A DNA stretch of 63,800 nt, counting the filler, from Lenisia limosa (taxonomy: Eukaryota > Protista > Breviatea), in the NCBI GenBank assembly GCA_001655205.1. It is 10 parts of 10 records of this genome, joined end to end, with 100 filler letters (N's around TTAATTAATTAA, not from the genome) between each part and the next. Parts side by side here need not be neighbours in the genome. Positions count along the whole stretch, not along the records: positions 38,287 to 42,450 come from LPNZ01011043.1; positions 42,551 to 48,391 come from LPNZ01005490.1; positions 48,492 to 52,593 come from LPNZ01002066.1; 7 more parts are not named here. The stretch is one strand, 5' to 3'. The position numbers and the translations under genes are program-made. Shown here piece by piece: positions 38,393 to 49,854 of this stretch. Within the stretch, counting starts at the first letter, position 1; every line of letters starts with the position of its first letter. The notes under the pieces were generated by a model that ran no database searches, had not been told where the DNA came from, and saw only the letters and a program-made list of their open reading frames with translations.

Positions 38393-40597
38393 TGCTAGGC
38401 AACCTGAACTCCGTATTCTATTCCAAAACTCCGTATTCTATTTTTTAAAAAGCTCCAAAACAGATGATTAATAGGCATAAATTGTTTCTATATTTGATAA
38501 AAAGAGGAAAACAATTAGAAAAAAGAAAAATTCTTCATATTTCTTCAAAATTTCAAAAAAAAATTTTTTACAAGATCAGCAAAAATTGATCACCCTTTTT
38601 TGATATATTTTTCCGAGTTTTTAACTTCTGGCCTGTATAACTGTTTTTTTTATTTCATAACCTTCCAATTTGGAGAGAAATAAAGAGAAGGTGCATTGGC
38701 ACTCGATTTTCCTATTTTCTGTGGTACTTATATAATTTCTCCCTAAAAAAAACTCGCTGATTTCTTATTGGGAGGGAGTCAAGGGTGATCCAATGGCCTC
38801 TGCTTTCAATCTGAGTACACTGGAAGGACAGCTGATGGAGTCTTCTATCGTGATTGGAGGAGAGCAGATCTACAAAGTTGCAGCTTCACAGGCTGCTGCC
38901 AAGGAGAAGAAAGAAGGAAAGAAAGATGGAGACCAAAGGTCAAGGATACCGGATCAGAAGAAATTGATAAGATTGTGAAATGGTTAAATGAACACTCACC
39001 TGAAGAGACACTCAGAATGGAAGAACCCAGTCCTGTCGCTCAAAACGCTGCTCGAAAGCATGCTATGAGACTTCTTGGAGTGAATTCTAGCGCTTTCTTC
39101 AATTCTGAGGCTATCATGCTGACATTCGAACGTCTACACCAAAGAATGGAATCNNNNNNNNNNGTAATGTCAAACCTGCATTCTTTGAATGGTTTTTGCT
39201 CTTCTTTTTTACTATTAAGATTGAACCTGCTTTCACTTCCCATGCAGGTCAGTTTTGTGAAAATTCCCAATTTCTATATAACTCTAGTCATTGTACTTTA
39301 GGTTGGGGATTCATTCCACCACGCCAAGGTTAATGCATCAATCAGAAGCCAGATCGCCACCTATTGCAAATATTTTCCCAACAAGTATATCCGTTGATTT
39401 TATCCCATTTACTATTAATTAATACTAACATTCATTAATTGTACCATGTACATCTCCTAATGATTATTAAATGGTGACCTTGGAATTATATTGATACAAT
39501 AATGTTCCATACTAGTTTTTTGTAGTCATATATCCACTTTGTGAAACTTAATATAATTCATTTTCAAAGGACCATGACCTCTACTGAGCTTACGAGATTG
39601 CTGCTAAAGCTCTCCGCGAGCAAACCCATTCGGTGATTCGAGCATCACTTCAGTCTTGTAGCTACACCATCGATGGCTACAACCTCTGCTGATCGACTCC
39701 AGTGTCTATGAAAAGGGCACAACTTTCAGACCCTTGCCCACGGATAGCTAACCTGTTCCAAACAGGATCTACTTCACGCACTTGTTCACAGAGGTGAACA
39801 TGAATGTCCCTTTTATGTCACCAAATGTGTATCACCGTACCCCTGCTTGGCCAAAATGTTGGAATGCTCACTTCTGGGTAAAGCTCACATTACCATACCA
39901 CCGAGGCCCAGCAGCTCAAGGTGGAAGGAAATATTGCGTTCGCACAGGCACTTTCACAGCAGGCATCAAAGCGTTTGAAAGAAGCCGATGAAATGGACTT
40001 GAGTCCCGAAGATCTTGCGTTTGGCCAAGGGGTAGCGGCAGGACTTGCTNNNNNNNNNNTGATATGGTAAAGCGTCCATTGTCCTTGGTGCACATTAAGC
40101 CACACGAAACCTTTGCCGTTCTCCAAAAAGGACAGGTTAGGGTTGTCTCATATGGTTTTCGTGCTGGTGTGGATGGCTTCGTAGATACCACCTTGTTTTA
40201 TTATTCAGGTCATTGTTCAGCCAGAAGATGTCAAGCCTCACATGAAGCGCAATGTGAAGTTGTCGACTGCCCGAGGGAAACTCATAACGACGGAGACATG
40301 CTTGCGCGTCGGAGGAGCTGCAAACTTGCTGATAACTTCAAAAAAAAGAAAGCCAAAATCGCACTTGCTTAGATTTGTGTGTTTTTGTTGTTTTGAAGCC
40401 AGATGTTTTGTTCAAGTATATAATTAGAATTGAGTCTAAATTTTTTCAACCTTTCTGTTTTTATACATTCCGAAATACGATACTAATGAGTTGTTCATGA
40501 GTAATAATGGAGAAAAAGCGAGAAATTATGGTAAGTTTTTGTAAAAAAATAGAACACGGAGTTTTGGAATAGAATACGGAGTTTAAGTTGCCTAGCA
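38393..40597 (+). mobile_element. 2.2-kb DNA transposon with ~54-bp TIRs and TA flanks, carrying a decayed, intron-containing ORF (probably a Tc1/mariner-pogo-like transposase); lies inside a DNAI2 intron
   Basis: Left end TA|TGCTAGGCAACCTGAACTCCGTATTCTATTCCAAAACTCCGTATTCTATTTTTT. Right end, reverse-complemented: TA|TGCTAGGCAACTTAAACTCCGTATTCTATTCCAAAACTCCGTGTTCTATTTTTT (3 mismatches). The internal ORF pieces have frameshifts and in-frame TGAs. Confidence 0.85.
38793..40372 (+). pseudogene. Degenerate ORF inside the TIR element
   Basis: Frameshift near 38935, in-frame TGAs near 39586 and 39691, further frameshifts, and GT-AG introns retained. Segments VGDSFHHAKVNASIR..AAKALREQTHSVIRASLQSC and TARGKLIT..KKKKAK resemble pogo/DDE_1 C-termini (recalled pattern only). 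Confidence 0.6.
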
Positions 40598-40674
40598 TAT
40601 GGAACAAAAAAATCACCTCTGTTCGCTGGCATAACAGTAGCCCCCCCCCCNNNNNNNNNNAAAAGTCACCCCAC

Positions 40675-42450
40675 CATCAGAATTGCAAGTGGCAAACACA
40701 GCCGGGCGAACAGGCGACCATTGCCCGCATGTAATGTAGGAGGATGAGTAGTGTGTTGAAACCACAGGCGAAACCAAATCCTCGTTCCAAATCTAGAGCA
40801 TTAGTAAAAAAGTTTGGGAATTAAAGAATATATTGGGAATCAAAATGATTGTAGGGATTAAAACGATAATAGGGATGAAAACGATTATAGCGATGAAAAA
40901 GTTCCAAATCTGGAATAGGGATTATAATGATGAATTGACTAACACGTTCTAGGAATTACAAAATGTAGGAGATTAAATCTAGAACATTCAATTCAAAACT
41001 AATCTAGAATACTCAATTCAAATCTAGAATAGATAATAAGTTATCACAATCATCAAGTATTAAACGTGACAAATCAAGATCGAATAAAAGCAACCCCCCC
41101 CCCCTCCAAATATACATATTATGTAAATAGCTATAAATAATTATCCACCTTTCACCCCATCTAAGACGACCATACCCGACCATACCCTCCTTAGACGAAA
41201 ACCCTCGAAAACTATTGATATTTTAACAGACTAATTCCAACCGAAGTGAAACCCTGAAATAATGAAAAGCCAGCTCACCTTGGACGACCAGCCTCCGACG
41301 CTGAGGAAGAACTTTGAGAAGAACGGCGAGCGATCAACTGATCTGACCGGGCCGTAGTGGGCGTCATAGCTCGTTGCAATCCGGTCGCTGGGATTCTTGG
41401 CCTTGCGGGTGCAGCTGACTACGGAGCCGTGTTCCGTTCCGACCATAAAGCGATTGGGCTGGGGGGGGGGGGTAAAACGTCGGAAATTTAGATGAAGAAN
41501 NNNNNNNNNNNNNNNNNNNNNNNNNNNNNNNNNNNNNNNNNNNNNNNNNNNNNNNNNNCGAACCGAAATAATCTGAAACTCCAAAAACAAAAAACAAACA
41601 ATAACAAACACGAGCAAACAATGCTGAAACTAGACAAAAACCAGATGACAAAAACACAAAAACAAAAACAGGGGAGTAAAATAATTAAATTTACAAAAAA
41701 GCCCAGGCCGGTCGCTTATGCAGACAACTTATGGCAGTTGAGGCCACACGCACATAATAACACACCCCCGTGGTGTACCTGAGAGGCGTCGTAGCAAAGA
41801 GAAGTGCAGCCTAAGGACCGGGACTCTCCTCCAATGTCAATCGTCAGTCTAAGTAGTAAAATGATGTATTACGTATCATATTGTCACCAAGGTGTGAAGT
41901 TAGACATACTGCATATCATATTGTCAACAGATAATATTAAAAAAGCTATTATCAATCTAACACCAAATATGAAAGACACCATGCACCTAATATAATACTA
42001 CATCCATATATGCGCAGTGACCGCGATAAGACTTGAGCGATTTTCCTTGGGAAATCACATAGCAAATCGATCAAGACTTAACCCAGTCACTGTACGCCTC
42101 ACTTTTGATTGTGTAATATAAGATATGATACTGACATCCCCCCCTCACCTATCCGTGGGCTCGCCAAGCTTTCTGATGTCCCACCAGCAAACGGTACCGT
42201 CAGTAGAGCAAGTCATGCACTCGGCTCTGCGGAGTAAAATTGGAAAATTTATGAAACAAAAAAGCCCAAATCAATTATGTTTTGCTGATAACACGCGAGG
42301 GCAACCCCGTCTTATTCATATATCTTAACAACTTCTAATGCCCCTCACCCAGTCTTATTGGACAGCCACTTAAGGGAGTAGACAGGGTCATGGTGAGACC
42401 GCTCGACCGGCGACGTGTCCACTGCAGCAGCGCCTCTTCGTGTGTCCCAG
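40675..42450 (-). CDS. DNAI2: Axonemal outer-arm dynein intermediate chain 2 (partial at both ends)
   Basis: WDTRRG..SHHDPVY..WLSNKTG; [14 protein letters not shown]; [19 protein letters not shown]; [16 protein letters not shown]; [15 protein letters not shown]. Confidence 0.93.
42015..42092. mobile_element. Diverged copy of the CAGTGACCGCGATAAG-TIR MITE, inside a DNAI2 intron
   Basis: Left end CAGTGACCGCGATAAGACTTGA; right end TCAAGACTTAACCCAGTCACTG|TA. Confidence 0.7.
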
Positions 42451-42723
42451 NNNNNNNNNNNNNNNNNNNNNNNNNNNNNNNNNNNNNNNNNNNNTTAATT
42501 AATTAANNNNNNNNNNNNNNNNNNNNNNNNNNNNNNNNNNNNNNNNNNNNGGCTCGGGATAAGAATAACTAAATAAATAAAAGCCCCATAAATCCTTGAT
42601 AATCCAAGATAAATCCCCGATAATCCAAGTTCAATCCTCGATATTTCTAGATATACATCCTTGATATTTCTAGATTATAATTGATACTTCATGGAATCAT
42701 TAGGGCCCTTAGAAAACGCTTAC

Positions 42724-43635
42724 GTCATCACATTTGGGGATGGTGATTTTCTCCTTTGGTGCGAGTGCATTAACTGGCAGTTTCCCCCTTAAATGGCCTG
42801 CTATTTCGGCAAGTGCCTGCTCTTCAACTGCCATTCGCTCTGAGGGGAGTAAAAATGGAAAATTTGTGGAAGATAAACTAAAACAAACTATGTTGCCAAG
42901 TATATGACACAAATAAAGGGAATACAATTAGACAATTAATGAAACAGAATAAACAAAATAAAAAATCACGTTGTTAGTAAAAACGTTTGAGAAACACACG
43001 AGGATTGAAAACAAGAGGCCCAGGCCAGTCGCTTCTACCGCACACCCACCAAAAAAAAATATCCTTGACAACCAATGCTTTAATCCAATATCCTTGAGCC
43101 TTTCCATACACTCACCAATATCTTGGAGCCTTTCCTTGGTCAACTTCTCGTTCTCCAAAATGTCTTTGACAAACGCCATAAATGTGGCTTTTTCTTAGGG
43201 TATCATGAGTAAATGATATGCATGTATGTGTCAAGCCTGGTAATATGTTGAAGTATTTCAGTCAAACTAGTTGTAAATATTAAGCAAAAAACAAAAACAT
43301 AGCGTGTAACACAAAAATATACGATATGCAAAAATATCACAATTGACTTCAAAGAAGTGAAACAATTCTATAATATAGTCAGATTTCAAAGAAAAAAAAA
43401 AAAATATGAAATATGACATAACATTTGCTGGTAGGAAGAGTGGGAGCAGTATACCATTATCCACGCGATGACTTGAAGGTATTTGACAATGTACCTACCC
43501 ACCTCTATTGCCGATAGGGGTGTCATCAAAGCTCTTAAGCGCGTCTACAAACTGCTGCTCCTTCTCTGTCTTCGGCTTAAGGGGGTTGTGCGCCTCCCCG
43601 TGGTCGTGTTCATGATCATGTGAATGGTCACACAT
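42724..43635 (-). CDS. Orphan protein with a His/Asp-rich N-terminus (3' end uncertain)
   Basis: MCDHSHDHEHDHGEAHNPLKPKTEKEQQFVDALKSFDDTPIGNR, plus downstream exons EKATFMAFVKDILENEKL and ERMAVEEQALAEIAGHLRGKLP. Confidence 0.6.
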
Positions 43636-43856
43636 AGTAAAGGCTGGAAGGCGGTCAAAAAATCAGAGGAGATAAGGGAATTACGGAGGCGGGACTGAGT
43701 ACAAAGAAACAAAACAGAAAATTGGTTTCGAGGTTTCGAGGCTGAATAGATCACTTAAAATTACTCTTTCAGAGCTTTTATTGCATCCAGTTTTAGTTTA
43801 GAGCCAGACGACGCTTTAGTTACTTTTCGGGCGTTGCTGTCCTTCCGCGCGGCATA

Positions 43857-46800
43857 ATGGCTACTATCCGCCCTTCTGGGCTTATTGAGGATGAAGTTCG
43901 GGTTGTTAACTGTTTTGTGGCCCAGGACTCAAGCGGGAGCGGCCAAAAGAAGGTTTTCGCAGGTACTCTCCCTCCTCTTTTGGGCCTTCTAACGCCAATC
44001 AGGTAACTATGTTCTTGGAAAGACGCTTGGACATGGTTCTTTTGGCAAAGTGAAGCTTGGAACGCACAGAGGCACTGGAGAGAAGGTACGCAATTTCCTT
44101 TCTTACTGCTTTCGTACTTTGGCAGAATATGGATTTATGGGTCGTTAATCTGTTTCAGCAGCAGCGAGGTACTTTTAATGAATTGCTCTTTGTTATTTAT
44201 CATTTTTTATTTGTTACTTCTTTATTGTTATTTCTTGAGCTTCATTATTGTTTTTAAAAGGAAACAAGTTTAAGAATAGTGACAACTATTGGGCTATTAC
44301 AGTCAAGGACACACAAATCCATTTCTGTTCAAATATTGAAAATATACCTGTTTTTGGGAATGTCGGTCAATTTCGATTTTGCAAATATTCACCAAATTTT
44401 GACGAATATTGCTAAAGGAAATATTGGCTTTCTAAGTTAAGTCACAATATCCTTGAGGTTTCTCCATAATCCTGATTTCATTATTTAGGTTGCCATTAAG
44501 CTAATCAAGAAAGCCGACCTCACAACTGACAAGTACAAAGTGGGTGAATAAGTTGGTATTCCCTCCGGTTCATACAATTACAGAACTCAGTGCGCTTCTA
44601 TGAGAAATATCGATATTTTCAGAGGTGATTGTGTGTTACTCAAATCTATAGCCAACAGAGTTTAAAGCTTTTTTTTTTCCAAATTTACTATGGTTTTGTT
44701 TGTTTTGTTGTTATCAACCCTTGTGTGTTGTCAGCNNNNNNNNNNNNNNNNNNNNNNNNNNNNNNNNNNNNNNNNNNNNNNNCCCCCCAGATCAAGGCGA
44801 TCCAAAGGGAGGTGAAGCTTCTCAAGCGCCTCGACCATCCCCACATTATCAAACTCTTTGAGATTCTTGAGACCGAAGATCAGTACCTCATGGTCATCGA
44901 ATATGCAAGCGGCGGTGGGGGGGTGAGTTCGCAAAATGGAAGGGATTGAAGATTGAGAATGCAAACCAAGATGGAAAGAGGGGTTCACTTCGATTCGATA
45001 AAAGACTGAACTGTTCGACAAACCTTCGATAAATATCGAAATTTGACTGCCTTTTTTCTGATCTGAATGAAACCATGATATAGGTAGAGGGGATACAGTC
45101 TTCGGTAGTAACAACCAAGGATTCACTTCGGTTCAAAGAAACCGGTAAAATATCGATATGTATCGAAAATCTATCGAGAAATGAAGCCCTAGTAGCAACC
45201 TTTCTTTTGTAGAATGCAACAAACCAGTATTTTCCTTACTAATTCAGGCGAACTTTTCGACTACATTGTGGCCCGTAAGAGGCTTAACGAGAAAGAAGCA
45301 CAGCGTGTTTTTAGACAGGTGACTTGGGAGGAGGGGTATATGGGTGTGTTTTTTGTGCTTATTGTATCTGTGTTGGTGTGTGTGGGTGAGTGAGTTTACA
45401 TGTAAACAGATTGTCTGCATGTATGTTGGGGGCTACTGATTATATTCTTGTGGTGGAGGATACTCCTGAGATGTGTGAAATGTTTTTTGAGAGTACGATG
45501 AGTGTCGGAATAACTCTTTGTATTCGATTTGAATTTTGATAGCAAACCCCCCGTTTCATTATAAATGATAGATTTTGTTTGCTCGCCATTTCGTGTCAAT
45601 TTTTTAGCTTTCAAGGAATTTTTCGACGATTTTCGATATTTAAGTGTCTGAAATGTGTTTTCGTTACTACGCCTCTTCACATTTCTAAGTATTAATTACA
45701 GAGATTGCTACCAGTTATCTACTCAGATGGTGTCTGCCTTGGACTACTGTCACAAGAATGGAGTGATCCACAGAGATCTGAAGCCTGAAAATGTGTATGC
45801 TGGGTTGACGTTTTTTTGGAGGATGTGATGTTGTGAATTTTATTAAAACAAGTACTGTTTAGTGGGTTGGCAGGTTCGATTAGTTTTTTGAACCTTGTGA
45901 GTGGGGCTTCACTTCGGAAATCGTCGAAAACTATCGATATTTTACTGGTCGTTTTCGACCGAGGGAACAGTATGATATTATGTATTTGCAACTACCTTGT
46001 TTCAAATTAGTAATATACTATACTTTAGAATATTTTATAAGCGTGCTTCTGGATGGCTTCGGCTGTTTATTTTTACTCTGTATGTATAATGCGAAACGTA
46101 GTTCACTATCCTAGGCTTTTGGACGTGAACTTCAACGTCAAGCTTATTGATTTTGGACTCGTAGGGAGGGGAGGGGGGTCAAGCTTTCTAAAAACGGGTT
46201 CGTGTTTTATTTTTTGAAAATGTCTCGCTCAAAAAATCTCCTTTTGTTTGTTTTTTTTTGGTTTCAAATAATACCGCTTCACATAACTTTGTTTTTAACT
46301 ACTGACGCAAAATAGTAACACATTTCAAATGAACCGTATTTATGTGCTTATTTCTTTTTCATAAAGACCCGTAAATATCAATATTTATTGATGATCTAGC
46401 TAGGCCTTGAAAATTGTGAGATTTATGTAAACCTAGGGGAACACTTTCAATGGAGACGATCTTTTGGGCACTTTCTGCGGTTCCCCGGCTTATGCACCCC
46501 CAGAAATGATCAACAGAAAGAAATGTGAGGGGAGGGGTGGTGGTTTTTTCAAGGTAATTCTGGCCTTTTAAGTATATGTCTTGGGTTTTTTTCTTTATCA
46601 TAGAATGCAGAATCTATCTTTACGTTGTCTTTTCAAAATTGTGATATGAGGCTATTTCGTTCCAATTTACATGAGAATGTTTGTAATTTACGATATTAGT
46701 GTATGTAAAATTTACATAAATATGACTGTTTCGAATTTATGACATTTGGCTATTATGAACTTACAAGACTCTTTCAAATATACGATATTACAATGTTATT

Positions 46801-48391
46801 CTTTTTATGATATTAGACGTGGGCCCCGCCGCCGACGTTTGGTCCTTGGGTGTCCTGTTTTACGCCCTCGTATGCGGCCGCCTGCCCTTCACTGGTGAAG
46901 ACTTGAGGCAGCTCTATCAGCAGGTGATTGGTTTGGATTGTTTTTTTTTTATGTGTATTGCTCATTTCTGCTTTGCTTTGTTGTTTTTTGTTGGAGTTTC
47001 AGATTATTCAGTTCGTGATTAATACCTTTTCGCTAAGAGTCTTCATCGAAATTTCTTTTGTTTTACCCCCCCCCCCCTTNNNNNNNNNNNNNNNNNNNNN
47101 NNNNNNNNNNNNNNNNNNNNNNNNNNNNNNNNNNNNNNNNNNNNNNNNNNNNNNNNNNNNNNNNTCTTGTCCTCTGGTTTGGGGGTTAATTGTGCTGTCT
47201 TTATGGAAGGATTGTTTCAAACTCTAATAACCATCTCTCCCTAGTATCCATCTCTGCCTTCTAGCTTGGCATCCATCTCTGCCTTCTAACTGGCATTCAT
47301 CTCTGTTTTCTAACTAGGCACCGTGAACTTTGCATCATCTCTGCCTTCTTCACTTTCGGCTCCAAAAAAAGACTGCATTGCCAATAAATCTCAATAATTA
47401 TCGATATTTTCTCTGTACTTTTGACCAAAAAATGAAGATCCCACTTTAAACTCTACACCTCCCTTCTATCTAATCCTAGCACCACCCCCTTCTAACTCTA
47501 GTTTCACCGGTTCGATAAAAGACTGAATTTCTCGATAAATCTCCTAAAACTATCGATATTTTATCGGTAGTGAAACCCTACTTCTAACCCGTCAAAGGTG
47601 TGCGATCAGTTCTCTCTCGAATGCTCACCGCCGATCCCGAGCAAAGAGTGGGCCTTTCCACAGTTTTATTTTCTAGCAAGATAGTATATCATATATTATA
47701 TCGTATCGCAATCTTTATTTGTCAGCAATTTTGGCTATTTTTGAGACACTCTTTTTGATTTCTTTTGAGATCAAGATAATTAAAAAAACACTCTGGGGGA
47801 ACTAAAGAATACATCCGTCTTTATTTGCCAACACTTTAGGCTACTTTAGAGGAGGTCGGTGCAATGGCCTGGACTATGGCAGGACAGAAACTCTCTCCTT
47901 TCGAAGACGCGAAAGTGGGTTTTTTTGTTTTTGTTTTTGTTTGATGTACTTCTTAGGATAGTATCAATTTCAACACTTAGGTATCATCCATATTGCAAAT
48001 TAATAAGCGTGAAAGTGTGGACGGCTTCGGCAGATACCTTCTGATTATTTTTCATCAATATCAAATTTTAGAAGAAATACAATGCCTACCATTGACCCCC
48101 ACATCCATCATTTAGCATCTTCACTGTCTCATAAAACTTGAACGACAAGATAATTTATGATCTGTGATCTATGATATATTATATTGAATCATATTCCACA
48201 AACTTATAACTAAGGCTTCACTTCGGTTCAAAAAAACATTGAATTTCTCGATAAATCCTCGAAACCTATCGATATTTTAACGGTCTTTTTTGAACCGAAG
48301 TGAAGCCCACTTTTCTCATATATTATTATACCATTTAGTTCCTTCACATCCTCACTATTTAGTCACATGATGGAGTTGTCAACGAAACTGC
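43857..48391 (+). CDS. CAMK-group SNF1/MARK-like Ser/Thr kinase (3'-truncated)
   Basis: NYVLGKTLGHGSFGKVKLG, VAIK, EYASGGELFDYIV, HRDLKPEN, KLIDFG, TFCGSPAYAPPE and DVWSLGVLFYALVCGRLPF. Confidence 0.95.
48213..48308. mobile_element. Best-preserved copy of a ~95-bp MITE with TIR GGGCTTCACTTCGGTTCAAAAAA
   Basis: GGCTTCACTTCGGTTCAAAAAA and TTTTTTGAACCGAAGTGAAGCC form a perfect 22-bp inverted repeat. Related copies at ~41205, 44981, 45119, 45904, 47501, 52229, 56161, 57351, 60095 and 63520. Confidence 0.88.
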
Positions 48392-48491
48392 NNNNNNNNN
48401 NNNNNNNNNNNNNNNNNNNNNNNNNNNNNNNNNNNTTAATTAATTAANNNNNNNNNNNNNNNNNNNNNNNNNNNNNNNNNNNNNNNNNNNN

Positions 48492-49729
48492 GGGTAATAT
48501 ATAACACCCACTCAGCCAACCAACCCTCAACCTCCCAATAACACCCAGCCAACCGGCAACGTCGGTAACTGAGGCAACATGTCCGACATTTGAACCAGCA
48601 ACTGTGTATGAAATCTGCAGGAGTTAGAGTTGAACCTGTATGAAATCTGCTGGAATTAGTGCATCACTTGAGTAATCATGATTTCTGGAAGAAAGATTTA
48701 AAAATATGTGTATATATGATATATGTATGTTTGTTCCACCAGTGATATGATCAATATTACTGACTTTCAAGTCGAAATGATGAATGAAGCAAAGAAAATT
48801 AGATACTTACTATGTGATAATAAAAACCATATATCATATATTATATCACATATAATACAGTAGTTACAAATCAGTGAGTATACCTGTCAGAGAGGAGAAC
48901 GAGATATTTGAGATTTTGTTAATCATTTTTAGCAGACAGCAAATAGAATCATTTGTAAGAACGCACACAAGACATCAAGCTATCTAAGACTCAAAGGGAA
49001 AATAGCAAAAAGTTTGAAGAAATGAAAGAATAAAGCAATTTCACAAAAAGGTAAATTTCAATCCATGCAGTGTCTGACAGAAATCAGCCTTCTACACCCT
49101 TCCCCACTCTCCGTATAACAGTGTCCCTTTTCACCCACAACCGTGAATTTGACCAGGCAGAGCTGATCGACCAAAAAAAACAGCTTCCCCCCTTCCGCAA
49201 CACTCAAACCAACCTCGAAAGACTCGAAATTGGCGACAGTAGAGACGTTGAAGGACCAAGAGGTGGTGTAGTCGTCACCAGATCGGCTCAGAGTGGTCGG
49301 AAACACAGTGGCTAAAAAGTCAAGCAAATAGAACGATAACAGCTATGTTAGTCAATTTGATTGCAATTTAAGTGAAAAATAAAGTTTTTAAAATAGTAGA
49401 AGAGCCGTCAGAAGGGCTGTACGAACAGGGCAAAAGCTGATTGAAAATGGGTCCGGTTGTTGCGAGAATCCCTCGTTGTTAAAATGTTATACGAGCATAA
49501 ATAACCATAAATAAAAATGATCTCAAGGATTTAACGGCGTGAAAAGAGAACTACCTAACCCGATAATTCTAAGGCCTATTTTCTTGAGATATAACTCAGT
49601 AGATGTTAGCAATATACGAAAACAGCGAGTGATAAGCTAAGTGGCAACCACCAAACCAAACCGACCTGCTGCAAACGGACTGAAGAGTGTTCCAAGCAGC
49701 AATATAACAAACAATGTCATACGGGACAT
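48492..49729 (-). CDS. Secreted protein of unknown function (3'-truncated)
   Basis: Signal peptide MSRMTLFVILLLGTLFSPFAA followed by a GT donor. Exons ATVFPTTLSRSGDDYTTSWSFNVSTVANFESFE and ISYTVAGSNVGHVASV. Confidence 0.55.
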
Positions 49730-49745
49730 GATTGCTGTACCTGCT

Positions 49746-49842
49746 AAAGATCTTTTTCAAGAAAAAAAAAATCACTGAAAAAAGAGGGCCCATGCCGGGA
49801 TTGGCTTTTCATCAATTTTTTTTTTTGTTGAAAAAGACCTTT
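49746..49842. promoter_or_regulatory. Mirror-symmetric intergenic region between two divergent start codons
   Basis: 49746-49772 (AAAGATCTTTTTCAAG-A10-T) is the inverted repeat of 49815-49842 (A-T11-GTTGAAAAAGACCTTT). The flanking ATGs are at 49729 (-) and 49855 (+). Confidence 0.6.
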
Positions 49843-49854
49843 TAAGACTTAGAT

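Noticed and set aside
39570-39700. In-frame TGA codons suggesting selenocysteine or TGA=Trp
   Set aside because: They lie in a frameshifted transposon ORF, and PLAA and the PX-PH gene use TGA as stop. Decay from TGG is the simpler explanation.
40064-40372. Cys-rich ORF (CSARRC...CEVVDC..HNDGD) resembling a TnpB/Fanzor zinc finger and RuvC-III inside a TIR element
   Set aside because: The frame reads through a probable 73-nt GT-AG intron that contains the family-C motif. The Cys spacing and D..NAA.N motif do not fit, and no RuvC-I/II motifs were seen. HHpred on the reconstructed protein would settle it.
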